Positions 54,269 through 64,000 of a DNA stretch of 64,000 bases are shown piece by piece; the first letter of the stretch is position 1; each line of letters starts with the position of its first letter. Made by a program: the position numbers and the translations under genes. This DNA comes from a plasmid. The notes under the pieces were generated by a model, which was given only the letters and a program-made list of their open reading frames with translations, was not told the DNA's origin and did not search any database. The DNA is taken from sequence record NZ_CP099764.1, one strand, 5' to 3'.

Positions 54269-55594
54269 CTAGACTGCCAGCGTGCGCTCTGAGGACATTT
54301 TCGTCAGCAGTGGCAGACTGATTTCCTCCACTGACGCTTTCTCCTGCACCTGTTCCGTGCGGTCACCATCGTCAGCCGCATCATCCTCACTGCGCAACTG
54401 CACACCACGCTGGACACACACATTACCGTAACGCCAGGACACCACCACACCGCTTCCGGCACGCATCTCCGGCGTCCACGCTCTGACCTTCGCTATGCAG
54501 CGCATCAGCTTCATTTCTGCTTCCAGCAGGTCGGATTCCTCACACTGGTTTTCCAGCGCGTCGTAACGTGCCATCAGTTCGTTCAGGCATTCTTCTTCCG
54601 CCTCCGTCAGCACCTCTTCCGGCTCCGGCAGACTGCGGTATGCCCGGGCATCTTCACGGCACTCACCGACAGGTTCCATGCGTCCGGCGCACCATCCCCA
54701 GCCTTCGGCTTCCCGAAGGAACTCTGCGACGGCCTGGAGTTTTTCCAGCAGGGCGGCATCGAGCGCAACACAGTCCACATAGCCACCCTCGTCGTCGCTG
54801 AACAAATCGGTGCGCAGTTCATCTGGCGAGAAGGCATCAGCCCCCACGAAGTGGAATTTACCGTTCCCCGCCACCGCCACTTCACTTTCGGTCACCAGAC
54901 GACGAATGGTCTGTACTTCCGGTTTTCCTCCCCATCCCGACTGACAGGCAGCTTCAAACACCTGCACCTGACGCGCGGTGTCGTTCTCCAGCGCCAGCGC
55001 CTGACAGTGTTCGGTGGTGATGCGGTCTTCTGCCAGCGCATCGAGGATGACAGGCGCAAGGTCTGCCAGTTTCAGCATTCGCTGAACGTGGCGGGGCGAA
55101 TAACCCAGCAAATCACCGATTTGTGCAGGTGTTTTGCCTTCCTGCGCCATTGCGCGGAAGCCGGCAATCTGTTCGGCAGGGTGCATATCCCGACGATGAC
55201 CGTTTTCAGTCATTGATGCGGCTGTCGCCAGCTCCTGCGGAATAATTTTCACACGGACAGGCCAGTCAGCCGGAATGATGTCACGCTCTGCCAGCATGTT
55301 GAGTGCTGCCAGTCGGCGACCACCTGCGGCGACACCGTAACGGTCACCTGGCAGGGCATGAACAACCAGATTCTGTAACAGGCCGACACCTTTAATGGAG
55401 TCCGCCAGTTCGCTGACGGACTCCGCAAAATACGGCACCGTGCGCACATTCAGCGGTGACTTAATCAGCGAGGCCAGCGGCACGCTCACTTCCTCCGTCT
55501 GCGCCAGCAGGGTAGACAGGACTGTTTCCTGCGTTTTTGCAGGTTTACGGCTGGATTTACGCTCCGTTTTTGCCTTAGACTCTGTAACTGACAT
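54269..55594 (-). CDS. ParB-like nuclease-domain protein of the leading region
   Basis: ParB/Srx N-terminal motif region (…VRTVPYFAESVSELADSIKGVGLLQNLVVH…GGRRL…) and large size; probable start at MSVTESKAK. Confidence 0.75.
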   Translation of the reverse strand: MSVTESKAKTERKSSRKPAKTQETVLSTLLAQTEEVSVPLASLIKSPLNVRTVPYFAESVSELADSIKGVGLLQNLVVHALPGDRYGVAAGGRRLAALNMLAERDIIPADWPVRVKIIPQELATAASMTENGHRRDMHPAEQIAGFRAMAQEGKTPAQIGDLLGYSPRHVQRMLKLADLAPVILDALAEDRITTEHCQALALENDTARQVQVFEAACQSGWGGKPEVQTIRRLVTESEVAVAGNGKFHFVGADAFSPDELRTDLFSDDEGGYVDCVALDAALLEKLQAVAEFLREAEGWGWCAGRMEPVGECREDARAYRSLPEPEEVLTEAEEECLNELMARYDALENQCEESDLLEAEMKLMRCIAKVRAWTPEMRAGSGVVVSWRYGNVCVQRGVQLRSEDDAADDGDRTEQVQEKASVEEISLPLLTKMSSERTLAV

Positions 55595-55659
55595 AGTTAG
55601 TACCTCCCAAAACGGTAATAATGATTGTCTGCCGGACGTGTCCCCGTCCGGCACCTCTC

Positions 55660-56408
<749 letters not shown>

Positions 56409-56430
56409 GATGTGCCTCCTTCTGTTGATG

Positions 56431-57125
56431 TTTTCAGCCCCCATCATCTTTTGAGTTTCGGGAGCCGCGGTTTTGACGTTTTGCGGGGACCTGCCTTTTG
56501 TTCCCTCCGGTATTCACCATCACCTTTTTGAGAACCTTCGCCGCAAGGGGCATCACTGCCACGGACGGAAACGACTGTCCGGGGGCAGACCGCAAAAGTT
56601 TTTGCCTGCTTTTGGGCAAAAACTTTTGCGGGATGTACATTTCACCCCTGGACTGGCGGAGACGGTTGTGGCTGTCTTTGCCCCCGGCGACAGGGGCTTA
56701 AACAGGTGAATGGCACCGGACAGAACAACGGGCAGGGACCCGCCGCAACGACGTGAAGCGCGGTTTGCGAAACGGCGTTGCCCCTTACATCCCGGCGGCC
56801 TTTTGCCGGGATGCCAGGAGCGCAGGCCACGGCGCGACAGAGGCGGCGCGACCGGAACGGTCGCTGCAAGCCCGGGGTTTTCACGCATCGGACCGTAGCG
56901 ACAGCCCGAAACCGCGCCAGCGGGTTCGGCGGAGACTGGCAGGTGCGCCAGCAGCTGCCTGTCGGAGTCGGGCCTGACGACCGGATGCCGCCAGGCAGCC
57001 GGGAGCCGAAGGTGCGCCCGGCAGACAGGACAACACTGCAGTAGTCAGAATCAGAGCAGCAGGAAAAAGAAGAACAGTAGCAGTAGCAGTAGCAGTAGCA
57101 GTAGCAGGAACAACAACATCATCAG
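56431..57125 (+). repeat. leading-region repeat copy B (Frpo/ssi-like), immediately upstream of ssb; carries a (CAGTAG)5 microsatellite at 57068-57100
   Basis: Near-identical to copy A over ~630 bp; the same long palindrome at ~56583-56630. Confidence 0.6.
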
Positions 57126-57285
57126 TAACAGACAAATGACAGGCATGAAGAAACAGAAGCCCCCATCAGAACGTCCGCGTAATGAAAGGGGCGGCGCGTG
57201 AGCGCGGCCCCTTTCAGCGCCACCGGCGCGCGTTTTTTCCCGGCGCGGGCTGACAGGCATTTATCCTCCCGCCGGCCCTGTGTCA

Positions 57286-57849
57286 TCAGGCACGCAGACG
57301 AATAATCATCGTCGGGACATCGGTATAAGCAAACGTGCCGCGCGGCAGCTCCTCGCGGACGTCAGAAAACGGTAACAGCTTCTCCTGCTGGCGTGGTCCG
57401 TTGAGACAGACGGCGACCAGCACTCCACCCGGACGCAACAGGGAAAAGGCCCGCAGGATATGCCGGATATCCTGCCCGTGGCTGAACGGCGGATTCATGA
57501 TAACCCGGCTGTAATACTGCACTGGCTGCCATTCCATGAAGTCGCCACACTGAACCCTGACACCGTTAAAATTTTCCCGCAGATACCGGACCAGCCCGCT
57601 GTTGATTTCCACCGCATCACACATGGCCCCCGGCGCGGTATCCCGAATCGCCCGCAGTATGGCCCCGGTGCCGGCAGAGGGTTCCAGAATGTGATCACGG
57701 TTGCTGATCTCCGCCAGCATCACCAGGCGATCACAGACCGGGGCAGGAGTCACAAAAAGCTGAGATTCAGCCCGGATTTCAGCAACCGGCGCGGCGTTAT
57801 CCAGCCTTGCGCGCATCAGCCGGATACGTTCTCTTAACTGACTGTGCAT
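57286..57849 (-). CDS. orphan SAM-dependent DNA methyltransferase (N6-adenine type, NPPF motif)
   Basis: 187 aa with SAM-binding EPSAGTGAI and catalytic IMNPPF motifs. Confidence 0.75.
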   Translation of the reverse strand: MHSQLRERIRLMRARLDNAAPVAEIRAESQLFVTPAPVCDRLVMLAEISNRDHILEPSAGTGAILRAIRDTAPGAMCDAVEINSGLVRYLRENFNGVRVQCGDFMEWQPVQYYSRVIMNPPFSHGQDIRHILRAFSLLRPGGVLVAVCLNGPRQQEKLLPFSDVREELPRGTFAYTDVPTMIIRLRA

Positions 57850-57896
57850 ATCATTATCTCCGTCATCCCCCGGGGATTTTCCCGGGGGGATATACC

Positions 57897-59258
57897 TTAT
57901 TTCTGTGGGATTTCCGTGATTTTCATGTCGGTGATATACACATTCACCAGGCGGAAATTATTGTCCATTGTGCGGCGGTACCGGTATGCCCCGTGGTCTT
58001 CTGCTTCTGCCACACTGCGCACGGCCTTACAGTCCCGGGGCAGGGCGGCCCACTGTGCCTTTGTCATTTCCCGGAAACCTTCCCCCGGATAGTTGACTAC
58101 CGGCGGACGCTTCGCGGCCTGACTAGCGACGGCAGCCTCTTCTGCCGATGGTGCTTTGTAGTCCGTGATGCGATCGGGCGTCACTTTCATCGTGCCGCTG
58201 TACCCGAGAAAACTGTAATTTGGCGTTGTGACTGAACTCACCGCCCCGTTGCTTTTGTTCACACGGATGATGGTCAGCCACTCGCCCCGGCTGAAAACCT
58301 GTCCGCCCGGCTCAAAATCCTGTGTCCGGGTAACCACGCCGCCGCTTTCGTCCAGCATGGCACGCTCATAGATCAGGCGGTTCTGATAGTGGTTAACCCA
58401 GCGTTGTTGATGCTGAATCTGCCGTTCATGACAGCGGATCGCAATTTCGCGGGCCTGCTCCGTGGTGATGATGTCATCATCCAGGGCCGACCATAACGAT
58501 CGACTTCCTTCATACTGGCTTTTTTCTGCCGGGCGCGGATACGTATCCAGCGGGAAACAGGCGCTGATATGGTCATGACTGCTGATGAGTTTTGCCATAT
58601 TCAGATCCAGCGATTCAGCCCGCCACATCGTCAGATATTTCTGCGACTGCGCGATGGTCTTTTCAGCCTTGCGCAAATCAGCTTCGATTTTTTTGATACG
58701 ACGCCAGCGAACGTCCGGACGTTCTTTATACTTCGCGTGAAGCAGTGCCGACCGCGCCCGCTCTTCCCAGTATTCCGCACGTTCAAAGAGCATCACGGCT
58801 CGTTTCATGCCGTTTTCAATACGCTGCGCATCACGACGGGCGCGGCGTTCGCTGTGATGCCCCACAAGAATGGGCTGACCGGGCGGGATCATCGCGGCCA
58901 GTCTTTCCACTTCATCAAGTGCCTGTGCGGATTCACTGGCCCGCTTTCCGCTGTATCCGGTAAACCGCTCCGCCCGTGCTTCCTGACGTTCAGCGAGCGT
59001 GCTGTCTTCATCCTCAATCTCTCCGGCAAGTGAGAGGAGCACGTCTTCCCGGCCCGGTGTCCATGCTGGCGCGACAAACAGCGCCTGTTTTGGTGCCCAG
59101 CGGAAACCGGCATCATGCACTTTTTTATACGTCTCCGAGTCAAGACGTGACACGGCATACAGGCGCAGTTTGTTGTCATCCGGTGAGTAGGTCGCGCGGT
59201 ACATCTGCACAGGGCTGGCGGCTTCCGGGGCGGTCATGGTGATTGCTGCTAATGTCAT
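57897..59258 (-). CDS. large conserved leading-region protein of unknown function (charged/coiled-coil middle region)
   Basis: 453-aa ORF with good coding statistics. Confidence 0.6.
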   Translation of the reverse strand: MTLAAITMTAPEAASPVQMYRATYSPDDNKLRLYAVSRLDSETYKKVHDAGFRWAPKQALFVAPAWTPGREDVLLSLAGEIEDEDSTLAERQEARAERFTGYSGKRASESAQALDEVERLAAMIPPGQPILVGHHSERRARRDAQRIENGMKRAVMLFERAEYWEERARSALLHAKYKERPDVRWRRIKKIEADLRKAEKTIAQSQKYLTMWRAESLDLNMAKLISSHDHISACFPLDTYPRPAEKSQYEGSRSLWSALDDDIITTEQAREIAIRCHERQIQHQQRWVNHYQNRLIYERAMLDESGGVVTRTQDFEPGGQVFSRGEWLTIIRVNKSNGAVSSVTTPNYSFLGYSGTMKVTPDRITDYKAPSAEEAAVASQAAKRPPVVNYPGEGFREMTKAQWAALPRDCKAVRSVAEAEDHGAYRYRRTMDNNFRLVNVYITDMKITEIPQK

Positions 59259-59309
59259 AAAATGTTCTCCTTCCGTCTGTTGCCGCCCCTCGCGGGGCGG
59301 CTCACCTCA

Positions 59310-59540
59310 TCAGTTAAAAGCGCGTTTCAGTTCGAGTGTGCGGAGCACCTGCCCGAAGGCCGTGTTTTTCATGGCGGGGATGTGTACACCACGCCCCCGG
59401 TGAAAACTCCGGGCAATGTGTCGCCCGAAGGCTTTCAGCACGGGGTCAATTTCCGGCGCGGGGATGTCTTCGCGTCTGAAACGGGGATGACGGCGGGGCT
59501 TTACAGCCGCTGCGGAAGGTGAAACAATACTTACTGTCAT
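59310..59540 (-). CDS. small basic leading-region protein
   Basis: 76-aa ORF with strong SD (AAGAGG, 7 nt upstream). Confidence 0.45.
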   Translation of the reverse strand: MTVSIVSPSAAAVKPRRHPRFRREDIPAPEIDPVLKAFGRHIARSFHRGRGVHIPAMKNTAFGQVLRTLELKRAFN

Positions 59541-59770
59541 AATTTAGCCTCTTATGACGTTAATTAATGAAACCGTAAAGACTGTTCGTGCAGTCTCTGC
59601 GGTGTGGATTAAGCAGGTCCCTGACCTGCTTTTTTCATATCTGCGTCTGACGTTCTCCGGTGTTTTCCTCCTTCTGTTCCTGCGTTCTCATTACCTGCCA
59701 GCCGGATGACTGACAGAACACATAAATGCGTATTGCCGGAGCCTGAAATAAATCCTGATTTTTAAAGAAC

Positions 59771-60415
59771 ATCACCCGTTGAGTTTCGGGAGCCGCGGTT
59801 TTGACGTTTCGCGGGAACCTGCTGCTGTATTCCCTGTGGTATGAACTTCACCCGTTTGAGAACCTTCGCCGCAAGGGGCATCACTGCCACGGCCTGACGC
59901 ACCTGTCCTGGGCAGAACGCAAAATTTTTTACCGGGTTTTGGGTAAAAAATTTTGTGGGCTGTTCATTTACCCTGGACAGTCAGTGCGGCAGGTTGTGGC
60001 TGTATCAGCCCCCGGCGACAGGGACTCATACGGGTGTGTAGCACCGGCAGGCAATGAGCAGGGACCCGCCGCAACGACGGAGAGCGCGTGCGCGAAACGG
60101 CGTTGCCCCTTACATCCCGGCGGCCTTTTGCCGGGATGTCGGGAGCGCAGGCCACGGCGCGACAGAGGCGGCGCGACCGGAACGGTCGCTGCAAGCCCGG
60201 GGTTTTCACGCATCGGACCGTAGCGACAGCCCGAAACCGCGCCAGCGGGTTCGGCGGAGACTGGCGGGTGCGCCAGCAGCTGCCTGTCGGAGTCGGGCCT
60301 GACGACCGGATGCCGCCAGGCAGCCGGGAGCCGAAGGTGCGCCCGGCAGACAGAACAACACTGCAGTAGTCAGAATCAGAGCAGCAGATAAAGGAACAAC
60401 AACATCAGGAACAGT
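59771..60415 (+). repeat. leading-region repeat copy C (Frpo/ssi-like; 5' half diverged, 3' half near-identical to A and B)
   Basis: Shares gttgagtttcgggagccgcggttttgacgtt... and the 3' ~330 bp; the palindrome arm is diverged (ccgggttttgggtaaaaaattttgtggg). Confidence 0.55.
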
Positions 60416-60574
60416 TCCATAACATAAGAAAGAAACACTCCTGAGTCAGACACATCACAGACGGGAAGGGTAACGGGCGACGCGTCAGCGTGGCCCGCTT
60501 CCCTTCCGGCAGGCGTCAGCCTGCCAGGGGTTTTCGCGCGGACTGACAGGCGGCCTCCACCGCCTGCCCCTGTA

Positions 60575-60766
60575 TCACCTGTTTCTGCTACCCTGTAAGA
60601 TGTAGTGACCGCCCAGGAAAACCGCCTGCTGATTCACCACAAAATCGCAGATTTCATCAACAATCTGCGCGGTGGTGAGCGGTTTCTGCCCCATTTCACG
60701 ACGCCGCGCATTAATCACGGCCCTGTAATTACGCAGAATTTCGCGGGTTTCTGTGCTGATATTCAT
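60575..60766 (-). CDS. small hypothetical protein
   Basis: 63-aa ORF with stop/start overlap with the upstream gene. Confidence 0.4.
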   Translation of the reverse strand: MNISTETREILRNYRAVINARRREMGQKPLTTAQIVDEICDFVVNQQAVFLGGHYILQGSRNR

Positions 60767-61185
60767 GACATCGTCTCCCCGTCCAGCGCCTTTAACACAA
60801 CGTCCATTGCTTCGCGTTCCTCCCTGACGAATGCGTCACCGTCGCCCCCGTTCTCACTCCCGACGGCATACAGGCGCTTCATTTCACTGCCTGCCAGCGC
60901 CATCACTTTTTCCAGCATCACCGCCGGGACTGTCACCTGACGGCTGGCGCGCTTTTCTTCCATCAGTTCACGAACAACGCCGTGAACAACGCTGACATCC
61001 GCACCATATTCAAAGGCATCGTCCAGCCGCTGCATGACGGTTTCCAGCTCATCGTCTGTCAGACTCCAGTCCTGGGCTATGTGACGCACATCCCCACGGG
61101 TCAGCACTACGGCAAAAACGCATTCACTGTCCGGCACGTCTGTATCCAGCACTTCGCGGATAATTTCTTTAACAGTACAGTACAT
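60763..61185 (-). CDS. leading-region hypothetical protein (paralogous to 62889-63356)
   Basis: 140 aa; shares the RQVTVPA...L motif and acidic character with the 155-aa ORF. Confidence 0.55.
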   Translation of the reverse strand: MYCTVKEIIREVLDTDVPDSECVFAVVLTRGDVRHIAQDWSLTDDELETVMQRLDDAFEYGADVSVVHGVVRELMEEKRASRQVTVPAVMLEKVMALAGSEMKRLYAVGSENGGDGDAFVREEREAMDVVLKALDGETMS

Positions 61186-61231
61186 GTTCTCGTCTCCTTT
61201 ACAGGGGCGGCATTGCCGCCCCGTCCGTTAA

Positions 61232-61657
61232 TCAGTCCAGAGCCGCGTAAATCGCGTTGCATTCGAGGTGAAATTCGATGTGACGCCACAACTGCGCATC
61301 GCGCATCCGGTAAAGCTGGGTCAGTCCTGCATCCCCGCTGTCGTGGTACAGCCACAACTGGCGGTTAATCACAAGGGAGGTCAGGATGATGCCTGCGGCA
61401 TCAGCACTCACGGTACGGTCAAACCAGTTTGCACCGTTCACCATGTGGAAACGGTCGCCATCCGGCATCATGTAACCGCCACCGTCCGGCAGGCGGATGA
61501 AGTGCCAGAAGCCTCCCTGATATTCCGGCATCATTTTTTGCGCCAGCGCGTACACATACGCCTCGGCATACAGAAAATCGTTGCCAAACAGATACGGCAG
61601 AAAGGAGAGACGGTCGCACTCTTCAACATTCAGAGTGACAGGTTTCGCATATTGCAT
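61232..61657 (-). CDS. ardB: ArdB/KlcA-family antirestriction protein
   Basis: 141 aa; motifs [10 protein letters not shown]..., [17 protein letters not shown] parallel RK2 KlcA (RLDFLP.YFG, SADAAGIV, AIYRAID) as recalled. Confidence 0.8.
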   Translation of the reverse strand: MQYAKPVTLNVEECDRLSFLPYLFGNDFLYAEAYVYALAQKMMPEYQGGFWHFIRLPDGGGYMMPDGDRFHMVNGANWFDRTVSADAAGIILTSLVINRQLWLYHDSGDAGLTQLYRMRDAQLWRHIEFHLECNAIYAALD

Positions 61658-62073
61658 GATGTTTTCCTCCGTTGTTCACATATTCTGCGACACCGGGCGG
61701 TGCCGTGCCTCCATAAAAGCCGGGCGAACAGGCGGGGATGCAGGGGCGCAAGGGAAGCCGCAGCCTGACGCACACGGCTGACGGGAGTTGCAGGGTGAGA
61801 CCGCGAAATCTGAGCGGGTGAACGACCGGAAAATCACGGCAGACGGGAAGGAGGGACCGGGTGACCGCAGCGGCGAAGCGTACCCTTGCATCAACGCCAG
61901 CCCGGCTAAGATGGAGGCACGGCACAGCCCGCACACGACGCTGAGGCCACATAACTGAAAAACCACAAGGCCATGCCCTGCATGGCCGGGTAAAGCGGAG
62001 CCGGCGGCGACTTCCTTTGTGCTCTGTCCGGGGACCGGCAGGAAAAAGGCGGGGATTTACCCTGCCAACGTCA

Positions 62074-62844
62074 TCATTTCCGGATTTTTGCCAGGGCATC
62101 CGCCATGCTGCGGATTTCGGCCCGGGCTTTCCGGACCACCTCCCGCAGAACACCACGGTCAAACCAGCGGCGGGGCGGTTCATCCGGTATACGCAGCACA
62201 TCGCAGGCCAGCCCACTGGACAGGATATGCTCAATACAATCGCTGACCAGGTACATTTCCACCGACGAAAAACGTGCTCCCCGGTTCACGATGGCATCGA
62301 GCACCACGGGCAGGTTTTCGTCATCTTCATCGAGCCAGCAGGGGTGATCGCTTTCCTTCACAACCAGACGAAAGCGGCGCGTCTGGCGGGTCAGCAACGT
62401 CTGACCGGTGGTGGTCAGCGCCGCCCGGATACGCCGCGCATCGTCTGCCACCTGGTAACAGATGCTTCGTATTGCATCGCGCACCGCCGCAAGTACAGCC
62501 CTGATTTCGTCTTCTGCCAGCCACTCACCGGCATACGGGAAAGACACCTGCGTTCCGTCTGCCGGAAGTACCGGCAGCGACTGCCACTGACTGCCGGACA
62601 GAACAAGTTCCGCCCCGGTTCCGGTCAGTTTCTGAATGGCAGAGGCCAGGTGCGGCGGCAGTACGCCGCCGTGACGGTTGATAAGTAACGTCGCCAGCCG
62701 GGGCGCATCCAGCCGCACGTAAATGCTGATCCAGCCCGGATGGTTCGGATTTCGCTGGTCAACATCCGTCTCTTCCGGCCAGCCCTGCGCCAGCAGCAGG
62801 TTACGGGCGTGGCGACAAATCAGTGCATTCAGCGTTTCGTTCAT
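62074..62844 (-). CDS. conserved leading-region protein of unknown function
   Basis: 256-aa ORF. Confidence 0.55.
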   Translation of the reverse strand: MNETLNALICRHARNLLLAQGWPEETDVDQRNPNHPGWISIYVRLDAPRLATLLINRHGGVLPPHLASAIQKLTGTGAELVLSGSQWQSLPVLPADGTQVSFPYAGEWLAEDEIRAVLAAVRDAIRSICYQVADDARRIRAALTTTGQTLLTRQTRRFRLVVKESDHPCWLDEDDENLPVVLDAIVNRGARFSSVEMYLVSDCIEHILSSGLACDVLRIPDEPPRRWFDRGVLREVVRKARAEIRSMADALAKIRK

Positions 62845-62888
62845 GATTCATGGTCTCCCTGAATCGCCGCCCGCAGGCGGCGATAACA

Positions 62889-63356
62889 TCAGTCGTTTTC
62901 GCGTGTGTTGTTTTTCAGCAGGGTGCGGGCCTGATTAATCACCGCCTGACGGCGGGTGACGCATTCCGGGACGGCGAGGCCATGATCCCGGGCGGCCCAT
63001 TCACGTTTCCACAATGCCTGTTCAGCGGTCTGAATCAGGGACGCCAGCAGTTCAGCAGGGACGGTCACCTGGCGGTTTTCGCTCACGTTATTGATGATCT
63101 CCATCGCCACGCCGGAAGAAATACCGGATTCAGTCCGCTGGTCTTCCGGGATGTCCTCCAGGCGCGCCAGGACGGTTCTGATTTCATGATCGGACAGGGA
63201 AATATCCATTCCGTCAGCGAGGGCCTGAATCTCTTCCGGGGACCAGATAACCAGCATCAGCGGCATGTCTCCCGGATACTTTACTGCCAGCTCCCGGCAT
63301 AGCGTTTCGCATGTTCCGTACATTCTCGTCTCCTTCTCAATCTTTAAAGCACGCAT
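62889..63356 (-). CDS. leading-region hypothetical protein (paralog of 60763-61185)
   Basis: 155 aa; shared RQVTVPAELL motif. Confidence 0.55.
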   Translation of the reverse strand: MRALKIEKETRMYGTCETLCRELAVKYPGDMPLMLVIWSPEEIQALADGMDISLSDHEIRTVLARLEDIPEDQRTESGISSGVAMEIINNVSENRQVTVPAELLASLIQTAEQALWKREWAARDHGLAVPECVTRRQAVINQARTLLKNNTREND

Positions 63357-63558
63357 CCAGTTCCAGAATTTCGGTATATGCCTCCATCAGGAGGCGGTTT
63401 GCGCGAAACAGCGTCTGACGCACCAGACGTTCCGGCAGGGTGTCGGCATTAAAGCTGTACCGCTGCTCCATCTCATTCATGGTTGTACGCAGGTCGCACA
63501 TGGCATTGGCCACCTCCGCCACTTCGGCGCGCAGTTTTTCGTGTCCGGCATAGTTCAT
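63337..63558 (-). CDS. small hypothetical protein
   Basis: 73-aa ORF tightly packed between neighbouring genes. Confidence 0.35.
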   Translation of the reverse strand: MNYAGHEKLRAEVAEVANAMCDLRTTMNEMEQRYSFNADTLPERLVRQTLFRANRLLMEAYTEILELDACFKD

Positions 63559-64000
63559 TTACGCAGCCTCCGGCATAAACCAGTCATCATTCGCGGCCCC
63601 CTGCTGCATGGCCCGTTGCACGGCGGCAAGGCGTTGCTGCCCGGCACGGTGATACTGCTCAAGCAGCTCGATACCGATATACCGGCGTCCGGACTGGAGG
63701 GCGGCGACGCAGGTTGAGCCGCTGCCTGCAAACGGGTCCAGCACAATTGCGTTCGGGTGTGTGAAGCTCTCAATCAGCGGTTGCAGGCTGGTAACGGGCT
63801 TTTCCGTCGGGTGATGACGATTGCCCGAATATTTCCAGCCCAGCACGTCCGGCAGCGGGTTTGGTGGCAGACGTGGACGGCCTTTTGCCAGGATGTAGGC
63901 GCATTCGTGGCGATAGCCCACATATGCGGCCTTCGATGTGTAGTTTTTGGTGAAGACCAGGTGACCAACAACGCTGAATCCCGCATTTTTCCAGGCGGCC
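63559..64000 (-). CDS. DNA methyltransferase (N4/N6 beta-class), C-terminal part; N-terminus lies beyond the window end
   Basis: HPTEKPVTSLQPLIE and VLDPFAGSGSTCVAA motifs; the reading frame stays open to position 64000. Confidence 0.75.
   Translation of the reverse strand, partial: AAWKNAGFSVVGHLVFTKNYTSKAAYVGYRHECAYILAKGRPRLPPNPLPDVLGWKYSGNRHHPTEKPVTSLQPLIESFTHPNAIVLDPFAGSGSTCVAALQSGRRYIGIELLEQYHRAGQQRLAAVQRAMQQGAANDDWFMPEAA

Overview
This window is a contiguous piece of an F-like (IncF, RepFIIA-type) conjugative plasmid. All identifications below come from reading the sequence and the translated ORFs against remembered protein families; no database search was run. From left to right the window contains the following.

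- **Accessory left end (1-2700).** An AT-rich block with a polytopic membrane protein of uncertain function.
- **IS91-family unit.** A rolling-circle (HUH, Zn-ribbon) transposase with an adjacent tyrosine recombinase. Its insertion appears to have truncated a DUF4238-family gene.
- **Rep/maintenance module.** Two hypothetical genes, a RelBE-type toxin-antitoxin pair, and the RepFIIA replicon (copB/repA2, CopA antisense RNA, repA1, and oriR with a DnaA box). Next come an intact Hok-family toxin locus (srnB/pndA), a thermonuclease, finO and an alpha/beta hydrolase.
- **Transfer operon (14.9-47.2 kb, minus strand).** A complete F-type tra operon running traM to traX. The gene order traM-J-Y-A-L-E-K-B-P-trbD-trbG-traV-R-C-trbI-traW-U-trbC-traN-trbE-traF-trbA-(artA)-traQ-trbB-trbJ-trbF-traH-G-S-T-D-I-X matches the F order. 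A vapBC toxin-antitoxin pair sits between traD and traI. FinP antisense RNA and oriT (nic core GTGGGGTGT|GGTGCTTTT) are identifiable.
- **Leading region (47.5-64 kb).** It carries:
  - orf169 (a lytic transglycosylase) and a DUF932 protein (orf273-like).
  - Three ~630-bp direct repeats containing a long perfect palindrome, read here as Frpo-like single-strand promoters. Each lies upstream of a minus-strand leading gene.
  - A hok/mok/sok (flm-like) locus split from its own promoter by a complete 1443-bp IS150.
  - psiA and psiB, a ParB-like nuclease-domain protein, ssb, two orphan DNA methyltransferases (one running off the window end), an ArdB/KlcA antirestriction protein, and several conserved leading-region hypotheticals including a paralogous pair.

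The most noteworthy observations are the IS150-split hok locus, the triplicated Frpo-like repeats with a copy-specific microsatellite, a poly-A frameshift in the first gene after one repeat, and the IS91-unit/DUF4238 junction. I see no strong evidence of a wholly new multi-gene system. The candidates of unknown function are flagged with stated uncertainty.
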